Part shown: positions 55,030 to 64,000 of the stretch, one piece after another
How positions within the stretch are numbered: position 1 is the first letter of the stretch
Layout: every line of letters begins with the position of its first letter
NCBI GenBank assembly: GCA_948852945.1
Contig: CAQPBJ010000002.1
Location: 4,265 to 68,264, forward strand
From: an uncultured Clostridia bacterium
GTDB lineage: Bacteria > Bacillota > Clostridia > TANB77 > CAG-508
Length of the DNA: 64,000 nt
Direction: 5' to 3'
Notes under the pieces: generated by a model
The model's input: the letters and a program-made list of their open reading frames with translations, nothing else
What the model was told of the DNA's origin: nothing
Database searches by the model: none
Made by a program: the position numbers and the translations under genes

Positions 55030-56124
55030 ATGGGTATTAATTTATTGTTAAAAAAAGAAGGCCTAGATAATATACAAAAACTAGATACTTTACAAATAAA
55101 TAAAATTGCATCATATATATCAGAAAAACTATGTAAATCATTTCCTGAATTACATTTAGCACAAAGTGCATTATTTATACAAATTTCTAGATTAGATATG
55201 TATACAGCTACAATGCTTGATAACAGTAGTGCCAAATATGTATATGGAAATAACTCAATATACTTTAACGAAAACTTAGATTTATCTAATATGGATATTC
55301 CGGCAATACACGAATGTATACATTATCTTCAAGAATTTAAAGATCCAAAGGGAAAAGTTACTAAATTAGGAATATATGATTTATCAGAAGGAACTGGACT
55401 TGCAATGAATGAAGCTGCTGTTCAACTATTAGCAACAAGAACATCAAATTCAGCTACTTTAGATACAGTTACTTACTATGGAATGTCATTTATTTCTGAA
55501 AGCCCTGAATATTATCCTCTAGAATGTGCTTTGCTTTCTCAAATGATGTTCTTTACAGGTGATGAACCTCTATATTTTAGTACATTATATGGTTCACCTA
55601 TGTTTGAAAGAGCCTTTACAAGTAATTCTAAAGAAAATATATTTTTTGAAATAGAAATTTTATTTGACAAACTATTAGACATTGAAACTGACTTAATTTC
55701 ATTATCTCAAAAACTTCAATCTACTTCATTTGAAAAATCAAAAATTTTGCAAATGCAAATAGAAACTAAGAAAAAAAGCATAACAAGTTTATGTATCAAA
55801 GCACAAAATAAAATTATTGAAAATTGTTTTAAAAGAAGATTTATGAATATTGAAACTTTTGATGACATTAGAGATTTCGAAAACGATTTAAGAGATTTTC
55901 AAGATTTATTAATAATTTCTCCAAATTACACTTTCTATAACGAATTTTGTGAAAAAATCTCACAAGATATTGCATTTAAAAAAGATCAAATTATAAAATA
56001 TGGCAAAATAATTGACATTCCTAAAGAATATAGTAGCTATCTTCCTATAGCTACAACTACTAAAAAAATGTCTAAAATTAAAGAAATAATAGCAACTTTA
56101 AAAGATTTTATCTGGGGTGAATAA
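55030..56124 (+). CDS. Hypothetical protein with an HExxH zinc-metallopeptidase-like motif
   Basis: 364 aa. RBS AGGGAG. AIHECIHYLQE contains HExxH. No signal peptide. Family not recognised. Confidence 0.55.
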   Translation: MGINLLLKKEGLDNIQKLDTLQINKIASYISEKLCKSFPELHLAQSALFIQISRLDMYTATMLDNSSAKYVYGNNSIYFNENLDLSNMDIPAIHECIHYLQEFKDPKGKVTKLGIYDLSEGTGLAMNEAAVQLLATRTSNSATLDTVTYYGMSFISESPEYYPLECALLSQMMFFTGDEPLYFSTLYGSPMFERAFTSNSKENIFFEIEILFDKLLDIETDLISLSQKLQSTSFEKSKILQMQIETKKKSITSLCIKAQNKIIENCFKRRFMNIETFDDIRDFENDLRDFQDLLIISPNYTFYNEFCEKISQDIAFKKDQIIKYGKIIDIPKEYSSYLPIATTTKKMSKIKEIIATLKDFIWGE

Positions 56125-56165
56125 ATCCACTCCAGATTTTTAATTTGCCAATTTTTATAAAAAAC

Positions 56166-56191
56166 TAAGACGGAGATTTTACTCTCCGTCT
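56166..56191. terminator. Bidirectional terminator hairpin between the HExxH gene (+) and giant adhesin 3 (-)
   Basis: aagacggaga-ttttac-tctccgtctt with T-runs on both strands. Homologous to the hairpins after giants 1 and 2. Confidence 0.6.
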
Positions 56192-56267
56192 TTTATTTTA
56201 GCTTTATTAATGAAGTTAAAACTTCGTTTTAACAAATGATACTGTAACAAGCATAGCTTTAACAGTA

Positions 56268-59200
56268 TCATTTTTTCTTAATAATAACTGTTACTGTTAT
56301 TCCTAAGATTGCAAATATAGCTAATATTGCAAGTTTTACGATAGTATTATCATCTTCTGCACCTGTTTTTATTGAAATTACTAAATCTGCTTTTCCTTTG
56401 TTGTCTTCGATTGTTATTTCTTCAAAACCTGCTTCGTTGTCTACTTTTACTATTTCTGCTATATTTTCCTTCATTCCTAAATTGTCTTCTGATGGTGTCC
56501 ATCTCATAACGGCAATGTAGCTTCTTTCTTGTCCTGGCTCTAGGTCTTCTACACTTAAGATGGCTGTATCTTCATGGATTACCCAGGTCTTATTATCAGC
56601 TTCATTCATTGTCATTCCGTTTGGTATATTTTCTATAAGCTCTGCACCACCTTTTAACTGTGCTGTATTTGTTACTTTTATTTCATATGTAACTACAACT
56701 TCTGCTGTTGCTATACCACTCTTGTCTAACTCTACTTTTCCTATATTACCGTTTACTGATAATACTTGTCCGTTATAAGCTATTTCTTTTACTTGTTTTT
56801 CTACCTTTAGGTTGAAGTCTTTTTTCTTATAATAGTAGTTTACAACTATATCTTCTACTGTCATATTACCAGCTTTATTTTCTGGTACTTCTACTAAGTT
56901 ATAATACTTGATCTCTTTTTGTACTGTTTCATATTCGTCACTTTCATGTCCGTCTATCACTTCTTCTGCTGCTATTGTTTCTTTTGTATCTATATCATAG
57001 TAATTTACCACAACTTTAGCAGGTTTTGCATAGTAGTAAATAACTTCAGTAACGTCGTCTGTCATTGTTCCTTCTTTATTTGTTGGAACTTCTACTAAAT
57101 CGTATCCTGTTATTGCTTTTTCTTCTGTAGTATATGCATCACCTTTATGTCCATCTATTACTACTTCTTCAGCAACTTCTTGTCCTGTTATTTTGTCTAT
57201 ATATTTTACTTGTACTTGTGTTTTTCTGCTATAGTAGTATGTTACTACTATTTCTTCTTTTGTCATTTTACCTGTAGCATTTTCTGGATATCTTTCTTTT
57301 ACTAAATCATATCCTAGTATTTGTTTTGCCTCTGTCTCATAACTATCTTCTGCATATCCATAGTAATGTCTTTCTTCAACTAGTGGCTCATCAGTTAATA
57401 TATCTAAATGTCTTTCTACTACACCAGCTGATTCTGGTACATAATAATATTTAACTACTATATCTTCTTTAGTCATATTACCATTACTATTTTCAGGTAC
57501 TTGAATTAATTTGTATCCTTCAAATACTTTGTTTTCTGTTGTATATGGATCTTCTTCATGTCCATTTTCTACAATATCTTCATCTATTCTGTTTCCTGTT
57601 GTTTTATCAATATATTGTGTTGTAACTTTAGCTCTATGAATATAGTAATATGTTACTGTTATTGGTCTTACTGTCATGTATCCTTCACTATTTGATGGTA
57701 ATCTATCTTCTACTAAGTCATATCCTGTAAATGTTTTTGATAGAATATTATACTCATCTCCTTCGTTTCCTTCATGAGTTCCGTTGTATAATACATCTCC
57801 ACTAATTACATCTATATGTTGTTCAATTACTCCTCCTGATATGTGTAGATAGTAGTATTTTAATACTATTTCTTCTTTAGTCATGTTTACTGTCTTTTGT
57901 TCTGGCTCACTTACTAAGATATAATCTGTAAAGTTTTTAGTTTCAGTTACAAATTCGTCTCCTACTAAACCTTCATCAGTTCTTTCGTCTAGTATTTCAC
58001 CTGTTGTAATATCTATATATTGAACTGTTGCCCTAGTATTTTGTAAGTAATAATAGATTACTGTTAAAGGTTCTACTTCAAGTTGACCTGTAGTGTTACC
58101 ACTATTTTCAACTAAAGTATATCCTTCTATTTCTTTAGCATCTGTTCTATACATTTCTCCTACTTTACCAGTTTGTTTTTCTGGTTTTGCAAGCTCGATA
58201 TCTGTATCTTTTTCTAGATAGTAGATATTTAACTCAGCATCTTTTACTGCATAGTAGTAAGTAACTTCAATAACTTCTTCTGTCATTATACCTGTAGCAT
58301 TTTCTGGTCTTTGTGATAATACATATTTAATTGGTATATCATCTGCTGAAGTTGTTGTATAAGTAGAATCTATTAATCCTTCTATTTCAACATCTTCACT
58401 TAATTTTATAGTTGTACCTTCTTCGTAGTGATGTACTATTACTTTAGTTGATTTTAATTTATAGTAGTAGATTACTTCTATTTGTTCTTCTGTCATAGTT
58501 CCTGCTTTATTAGCAGGTTCTAATGCTAATTCATATTTACTTGGTAAGTCTTCTGCAACTATTGTTTCATAGTCATCTCCAACTTTTCCTGTAACTGTTA
58601 CATCGTTTGCTACTTTTTCTGTTGTGCCTTCTTTATAATGATGAACTATAACAGTTGCATCTTTCTTCGTGTAGTATAAGTTAATTACATTATCTTTAAC
58701 TTGTATTGTTAGAGTATCTTTATCTGCTGAATCAAAGTTATATCCGTAAATATCAACTACTTCGTCTTCGCTATTTATAACATCTTCAAATGTTACATTG
58801 TCAACTACCTTTTGGTCTTTTAACACTTTATTTGTATCTTTTTCTAGGTAGTTAACTGTATAGCTTAAGTCTGTACGTTTAGTGTAGTAAATATTTATTG
58901 CGTTCTCTCCTGTTGTTATTACTAACTCGTCTTTATCTACTGAATCATAATCATATCCATCAATTGTAATTATTTCGTCACTTGAAGCTATTACATCTTC
59001 AAATGTTACGTTATTAACTACTTTTTGAGTACTTAATACTTTGTCTGTATCTTTTTCTAGATAGTTTACTTTGTAGCTTAAATCAATACGTTTTGTATAG
59101 TAAAGATTTATAGTGTTTTCTCCAGTTGCTATCACTAGTAAAGGTTTATCTGCTGAATCATATGTATATCCGTCGATATCAATTACTTCATCTACTGCAT

Positions 59201-62200
59201 TTACTACTTCTGCAAATCTCATTCCATCTTGATCTTTTTGAGGATTTAATACTTTATTAGTATCTTTCTCTAAATAATTTACTTTATAGCTTAAGTCCGT
59301 ACGTTTTGTATAGTAAATATTAATTACGTTCTCTCCTGTTGTAATAGTTAAACTATCTTTATCTACTGAGTCATAATCATATCCATCGATTGTAATTACT
59401 TCATCACTTGAAGCTATTACATCTTCAAATGTTACACTATCAACAACTTTTTGAGTACTTAATACTTTATCAGTATCCTTCTCTAAGTAGTTAACTATAT
59501 AACTTAAATCTGTACGTTTTGTATAGTAAAGGTTAATTACATTTTCTTCTATTGTAATTGTTAAAGTATCTTTATCTGCTAAATCATAATTGTATCCATC
59601 AATTGTAATTACTTCATTTATACTATTTACAATATCTTCGAATGTCATATTTCCTTGAAGTTTTTGAGAACTTAATACTTTATTTGTACCTTTCTCTAAG
59701 TAGTTAACTGTATAACTTAAGTCTGTACGTTTTGTATAGTAAATATTAATTACATTTTCACCTGTTGTTATTACTAATTGATCTTTATCCACTGAATCAT
59801 AATTGTATCCATCGATGTCAATTACTTCATCACTTGAAGTTACAATATCTTCAAATGTCATACTATCTTGTACTTTTTGAGTACTTAATACTTTATTTGT
59901 ACCTTTTTCTAAGTAATTTACTTTATATGAAAGTCCATTTACCTTTGTATAATAAAGATTAATTATATTTTCTCCTGTAGAAATTTTTAAACTGTCTTTA
60001 TCTGCTGAATCAAAAGTATATCCATCAATTTCAATAGCTTCATTTTTGCTTATTATTATGCTTTCAAATTCTTGATTTTCCTCAATCTTTTGTGCACTTA
60101 ATACTTTGCCTGTATCCTTTTCTAAGTAATTTACTTTATATGATAAATCATTACGTTTTACATAGTAAATATTAATTACGTTTTCTTCTGTTGTAATACT
60201 TAAATTTTCTTTATCTACTGAATTGTAGTTATATCCATCAATCTCTATTACTTCATCTTCTGTAGTTATAACATCTTGGAATGTTACGTTATTAACTACC
60301 TTTTGTGTATTTAATACTTTATTAGTACCTTTTTCTAAGTAGTTAACTTTATAACTTAAATCTACTCGTTTTGTATAGTAAATATTAATTACATTCTCTC
60401 CTGTTGTAATTATTAATTCATCTTTATCTACTGAATCAAAGTCATATCCATCGATTGTAATTACTTCATCACTTGAAGTTATTACATCTTCAAATGTTAC
60501 ACTATCAACAACTTTTTGAGTACTTAATACTTTATCAGTATCTTTTTCTAAGTAGTTTACTTTATAACTTAAGTCTGTTCTCTTTGTATAGTAAATATTG
60601 ATGATATTTTCTCCTACTAAAATCACTACAGTATCTGCATTAGCAGAATCATAATCATATCCATCAATTGTAATTACTTCATCACTTGATTTTACTACAG
60701 ATTCAAATACTACATTATTAACCACTTTTTGTGTATTTAATACTTTGTTTGTATTTTTTTCTAAGTAATTGACTTTATATGATAAATCTGTACGTTTTGT
60801 ATAATAGATATTAATTACATTCTCACCTGTTGTTATTGTTATAGTATCTTTATCTACTGAATCGTAATTATATCCAGCTATTTCTATAACCTCATCACCA
60901 GATGAAATTATTGCTTCCAGTTTTACTCCTTGTTGTACTTTTTGTGTATGCAATACTTTATTTGTATCTTTTTCTAAATAATTTACTTTATATGATAAAT
61001 CTGTACGTTTTGCGTAATAGATATTAATTACATTTTCTCCAGTCGTTATACTTAATGTAGCTTTATCTACTGAATCATAATTATATCCATTAATTTCAAT
61101 TACTTCATCTTCTGAATTTATAACATCTTCAAATGTTACATTATTAACTACTTTTTGAGTACTTAATACTTTACTTGTATCTTTCTCTAAGTAATTTACT
61201 TTGTAGCTCAAATCACTACGTTTTACATAGTAAATATTAACTACATTTTCTCCTGTTGTAATTGTCAATAGCTCTTTATCAACTGAATCATAGTTATATC
61301 CGTCAATTTCAATTACTTCATCTTCTGAATTAACAACTGTTTCAAACACTTGATTTCCAGTTATTTTAGCTGGATTTAATACTTTATCAGTTCCCTTTTC
61401 TAGATAATTTACAGTATAAGAAAGTCCTGTTACTTTTGTATAGTAAATATTAATAATGTTTTCACCAGTTGTTATTACTAACTCAGCTTTATCAACTGAA
61501 TTATAATTATATCCATCAATGTCAATTACTTCACCACTTGATTTTATCTTAGCTTCAAACTCAACATTATTAGCTATTTTTTGTGAATGTAATACTTTAT
61601 TTGTATCTTTCTCTAAATAATTTACTTTATATGATAAATCTGTACGTTTTGTATAGTAAATATTTATAGCATTTTCTCCAGTTGTAATAGTTAAACTATC
61701 TTTATCTACTGAATCATAATTATATCCATCTATTGTAATTACTTCATCACTTGAAGTTATTACATCTTCAAATGTTACGTTATTAACTACTTTTTGTGTG
61801 CTTAATACTTTGTTTGTTGTTTTTTCTAAGTAATTTACTTTGTACGTTAAATCAGCACGTTTTACATAATAAATGTTAATTATATTTTCTCCAGTTGTTA
61901 TGCTTAATGTAGCTTTATCTACTGAATCATAATTATATCCATCAATATCTATTACTTCATCAGCTGAATTAATTATTGATTCAAATTTTACATTATTAAC
62001 AACCTTTTGTGTACTTAATACCTTATTTGTTGTTTTTTCTAAATAATTTACTTTATAGCTTAAATCACTTTTCTTTGTATAGTAAATATTTATAACATTT
62101 TCTTCTGTTGTTATTACTAAGCTTTCTTTATCTATAGAATCATAAACATATCCATCTATAGCTATTACTTCTTCTAAAGTATTTACTGTTGCTTCAAATG

Positions 62201-64000
62201 TCATTCCATTTTGTACTTTTTGTGCATGTAATACTTTATTTGTATCTTTTTCTAAGTAATTTACTTTATATGATAAATCTGTACGTTTTACGTAGTAGAT
62301 ATTAATTGCATTTTCTTCTACTCCTATTGTTAATACATCTTTATCTACTGAATTATAGTTATATCCATCAATTTCAATTACTTCATTTGCAGCATTTACT
62401 GTTGCTTCAAATGTCATTCCATTTTGTACTTTTTGTGTATGTAATACTTTGTCTGTATCTTTCTCTAAATAATTTACTTTATAAGATAAATCATTACGTT
62501 TTATATAGTAAATATTTATGACGTTCTCTCCTGTTGTAATTGTTATAGTATCTTTATCTACTGAATCATAATTGTATCCATCTATATCAATTACCTCATC
62601 ACTTGAAGTTATTACATCTTCAAATGTTACATTATTAACTACTTTTTGTGTACTTAATACTTTATCTGTATCTTTCTCTAAATAATTTACTTTGTATAAT
62701 AAATTATTACGTTTTACATAATAGATATTTATAATATTTTCACTTGTAGATATTGTTAAAGTATCTTTATCCACTGAGTCATAGTTATATCCATCAATTG
62801 TAATTACTTCGTCTGATACATTTATAATATCCTCGAATGTTACACTATTCACTATTTTTTGTGTATTTAATACTTTGTTTGTAGTTTTTTCTAAATAATT
62901 TACCTTGTATGATAAATCTGTACGTTTTACATAGTAGATATTGATTACATTTTCACCTGTTGTAATAGTTATAGTATCTTTATCTACTGAGTCGTAATTA
63001 TATCCATCAATTTCAATTACTTCGCTACTTGATGTTATTACGCTTTCAAATACTTGATTTCCTTGTGTTTTTACTGGAGCTATAACTTTATTTGTTCCTT
63101 TTTCTAAGTAATTTACTGTATATGAAAGTCCATTTAATTTTGTATAGTAAATTGTAATTTCATTTGTTCCTGTTGTTATAATCAATTCATCTTTATCAGC
63201 TGAATCATAGCTATATCCATCGATATCAATTACTTCTTCTGCTGTTTTTATAACTGTTTCAAATTCTACATTATTAACTACTTTTGATGTATGTAATTCT
63301 TTATTTGTATCTTTTTCTAAATATTTTACTGTATAACTTAAATCATTACGTTTTGTATAGTAAATATTTATAACATTTTCACTTGTAGAAATTACTAAAG
63401 TATCTTTATCTACTGAATCATAGTTGTATCCATCAATTTCAATTACTTCATCACTTGATTTTATTACAGTTTCAAACTCTAGGTTATTTACTACTTTTTG
63501 AGTATGTAATTCTTTGTTTGTATCTTTTTCTAAGTAATTAACTTTATAACTTAAATCATTACGTTTTATATAGTAAATATTGATAATATTTTCACTTGTT
63601 GTTATTTCTAAATCTGTTGTATCTACATATTCAAGATTATATCCATCAATATTTATTACTTCTTCTTCACCTTTTACAATGTCTCCAAATGTCATGTTAT
63701 TAACTACTTTTTGAGGATTTAGTATTTTGTTTGTGTCTTTTTCTAAGTAGTTAACTTTATAATTTAAGTCTGTTCTCTTTGTATAATAGATATTTATTAC
63801 ATTTTCTTCATTTGTTATTGTTAATGTCTCTTTATCAAATGAATCAAAGTTATATCCATCTATACTTATTTTCTCTAAGTTTGCATCTATTTGAGTTCCA
63901 TAAATATAGCTTAATCCTTGTTTTTGTGTATGTAATTCTTTATTTATTCCCTTTTCTAGGTAATTAACTACATAGCTATATTCTTTTAATTTATAGTAAT
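56268..64000 (-). CDS. Giant cell-wall-anchored adhesin 3, 5'-truncated by the window edge (at least 2576 aa in window)
   Basis: The frame stays open to position 64000; the last codons read YYKLKEYSYVVNYLEK, and the track's Met at 63695 is internal. The C-terminal ~800 aa are about 90% identical to giant 1 (MucBP x10, DUF11-like, ISIKTGAEDDNT plus TM and KKK). Confidence 0.85.
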   Translation of the reverse strand, partial: YYKLKEYSYVVNYLEKGINKELHTQKQGLSYIYGTQIDANLEKISIDGYNFDSFDKETLTITNEENVINIYYTKRTDLNYKVNYLEKDTNKILNPQKVVNNMTFGDIVKGEEEVINIDGYNLEYVDTTDLEITTSENIINIYYIKRNDLSYKVNYLEKDTNKELHTQKVVNNLEFETVIKSSDEVIEIDGYNYDSVDKDTLVISTSENVINIYYTKRNDLSYTVKYLEKDTNKELHTSKVVNNVEFETVIKTAEEVIDIDGYSYDSADKDELIITTGTNEITIYYTKLNGLSYTVNYLEKGTNKVIAPVKTQGNQVFESVITSSSEVIEIDGYNYDSVDKDTITITTGENVINIYYVKRTDLSYKVNYLEKTTNKVLNTQKIVNSVTFEDIINVSDEVITIDGYNYDSVDKDTLTISTSENIINIYYVKRNNLLYKVNYLEKDTDKVLSTQKVVNNVTFEDVITSSDEVIDIDGYNYDSVDKDTITITTGENVINIYYIKRNDLSYKVNYLEKDTDKVLHTQKVQNGMTFEATVNAANEVIEIDGYNYNSVDKDVLTIGVEENAINIYYVKRTDLSYKVNYLEKDTNKVLHAQKVQNGMTFEATVNTLEEVIAIDGYVYDSIDKESLVITTEENVINIYYTKKSDLSYKVNYLEKTTNKVLSTQKVVNNVKFESIINSADEVIDIDGYNYDSVDKATLSITTGENIINIYYVKRADLTYKVNYLEKTTNKVLSTQKVVNNVTFEDVITSSDEVITIDGYNYDSVDKDSLTITTGENAINIYYTKRTDLSYKVNYLEKDTNKVLHSQKIANNVEFEAKIKSSGEVIDIDGYNYNSVDKAELVITTGENIINIYYTKVTGLSYTVNYLEKGTDKVLNPAKITGNQVFETVVNSEDEVIEIDGYNYDSVDKELLTITTGENVVNIYYVKRSDLSYKVNYLEKDTSKVLSTQKVVNNVTFEDVINSEDEVIEINGYNYDSVDKATLSITTGENVINIYYAKRTDLSYKVNYLEKDTNKVLHTQKVQQGVKLEAIISSGDEVIEIAGYNYDSVDKDTITITTGENVINIYYTKRTDLSYKVNYLEKNTNKVLNTQKVVNNVVFESVVKSSDEVITIDGYDYDSANADTVVILVGENIINIYYTKRTDLSYKVNYLEKDTDKVLSTQKVVDSVTFEDVITSSDEVITIDGYDFDSVDKDELIITTGENVINIYYTKRVDLSYKVNYLEKGTNKVLNTQKVVNNVTFQDVITTEDEVIEIDGYNYNSVDKENLSITTEENVINIYYVKRNDLSYKVNYLEKDTGKVLSAQKIEENQEFESIIISKNEAIEIDGYTFDSADKDSLKISTGENIINLYYTKVNGLSYKVNYLEKGTNKVLSTQKVQDSMTFEDIVTSSDEVIDIDGYNYDSVDKDQLVITTGENVINIYYTKRTDLSYTVNYLEKGTNKVLSSQKLQGNMTFEDIVNSINEVITIDGYNYDLADKDTLTITIEENVINLYYTKRTDLSYIVNYLEKDTDKVLSTQKVVDSVTFEDVIASSDEVITIDGYDYDSVDKDSLTITTGENVINIYYTKRTDLSYKVNYLEKDTNKVLNPQKDQDGMRFAEVVNAVDEVIDIDGYTYDSADKPLLVIATGENTINLYYTKRIDLSYKVNYLEKDTDKVLSTQKVVNNVTFEDVIASSDEIITIDGYDYDSVDKDELVITTGENAINIYYTKRTDLSYTVNYLEKDTNKVLKDQKVVDNVTFEDVINSEDEVVDIYGYNFDSADKDTLTIQVKDNVINLYYTKKDATVIVHHYKEGTTEKVANDVTVTGKVGDDYETIVAEDLPSKYELALEPANKAGTMTEEQIEVIYYYKLKSTKVIVHHYEEGTTIKLSEDVEIEGLIDSTYTTTSADDIPIKYVLSQRPENATGIMTEEVIEVTYYYAVKDAELNIYYLEKDTDIELAKPEKQTGKVGEMYRTDAKEIEGYTLVENSGNTTGQLEVEPLTVIYYYLQNTRATVQYIDITTGEILDERTDEGLVGDEFVTETKNFTDYILVSEPEQKTVNMTKEEIVLKYYYLHISGGVIEQHIDVISGDVLYNGTHEGNEGDEYNILSKTFTGYDLVEDRLPSNSEGYMTVRPITVTYYYIHRAKVTTQYIDKTTGNRIDEDIVENGHEEDPYTTENKVFEGYKLIQVPENSNGNMTKEDIVVKYYYVPESAGVVERHLDILTDEPLVEERHYYGYAEDSYETEAKQILGYDLVKERYPENATGKMTKEEIVVTYYYSRKTQVQVKYIDKITGQEVAEEVVIDGHKGDAYTTEEKAITGYDLVEVPTNKEGTMTDDVTEVIYYYAKPAKVVVNYYDIDTKETIAAEEVIDGHESDEYETVQKEIKYYNLVEVPENKAGNMTVEDIVVNYYYKKKDFNLKVEKQVKEIAYNGQVLSVNGNIGKVELDKSGIATAEVVVTYEIKVTNTAQLKGGAELIENIPNGMTMNEADNKTWVIHEDTAILSVEDLEPGQERSYIAVMRWTPSEDNLGMKENIAEIVKVDNEAGFEEITIEDNKGKADLVISIKTGAEDDNTIVKLAILAIFAILGITVTVIIKKK
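58680..63960 (-). repeat. Tandem array of ~25 in-frame 213-bp/71-aa MucBP-like repeats in giant 3
   Basis: Continuous DLSYKVNYLEKDTNKVL...IDGYNYDSVDKD.LTITTGENVINIYYTKRT units with the corresponding periodic DNA. Copies are divergent, roughly 70-85% identical. Confidence 0.8.

Noticed and set aside
54999-55235. 78-aa minus-strand ORF overlapping the start of the HExxH gene
   Set aside because: Overlaps the RBS and 5' end of a better-supported plus-strand gene and has no RBS.
56560-63967. Antisense small ORFs inside giant adhesin 3
   Set aside because: Same reason.

Overview
This window is a very AT-rich Firmicutes (Clostridia-like) chromosomal segment. I did not find a recognisable defence or toxin system. 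The most unusual content is a triad of paralogous giant adhesin genes.

About 39 kb of the 64 kb is occupied by three giant minus-strand genes: 2609..20062 (5817 aa), 35908..50301 (4797 aa) and 56268..>64000 (at least 2576 aa, running off the window edge). Each has an N-terminal signal anchor. Each carries mosaic arrays of Cna-B/SpaA-like, beta-propeller (SBBP-like), Listeria-Bacteroides-repeat and MucBP-like domains, plus long tandem 213-bp (71-aa) repeats. Each ends in a near-identical ~800-aa C-terminal block: about ten MucBP domains, a DUF11/TIGR01451-like domain and a non-canonical I[KQ]TG[AS]E sorting signal. The three 3' flanks share a conserved terminator hairpin. Giants 1 and 2 also share a homologous ~330-bp upstream region containing a sigma-A-like promoter.

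Between the giants lies ordinary core content:
- a division and sporulation cluster on the minus strand: minD, minE (with an unusual ~80-aa acidic tail), rodA, dusB, ftsA, ftsZ, spoIIGA and sigE;
- a four-subunit 2-oxoacid:ferredoxin oxidoreductase operon on the plus strand (gamma, delta, alpha, beta);
- LemA plus two tandem DUF3137-like paralogs;
- topoisomerase III with an unknown partner gene;
- a small sortase-anchored protein and a divergently transcribed HExxH protein.

A 3.2-kb segment between sigE and giant 1 carries an orphan MazF/EndoA-type toxin with no antitoxin gene, an XRE-HTH–Fic fusion, a Pr6Pr-like membrane protein and two hypotheticals. It sits where sigG would be expected.

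All domain and family assignments come from reading the translated ORFs by eye; no searches were run.
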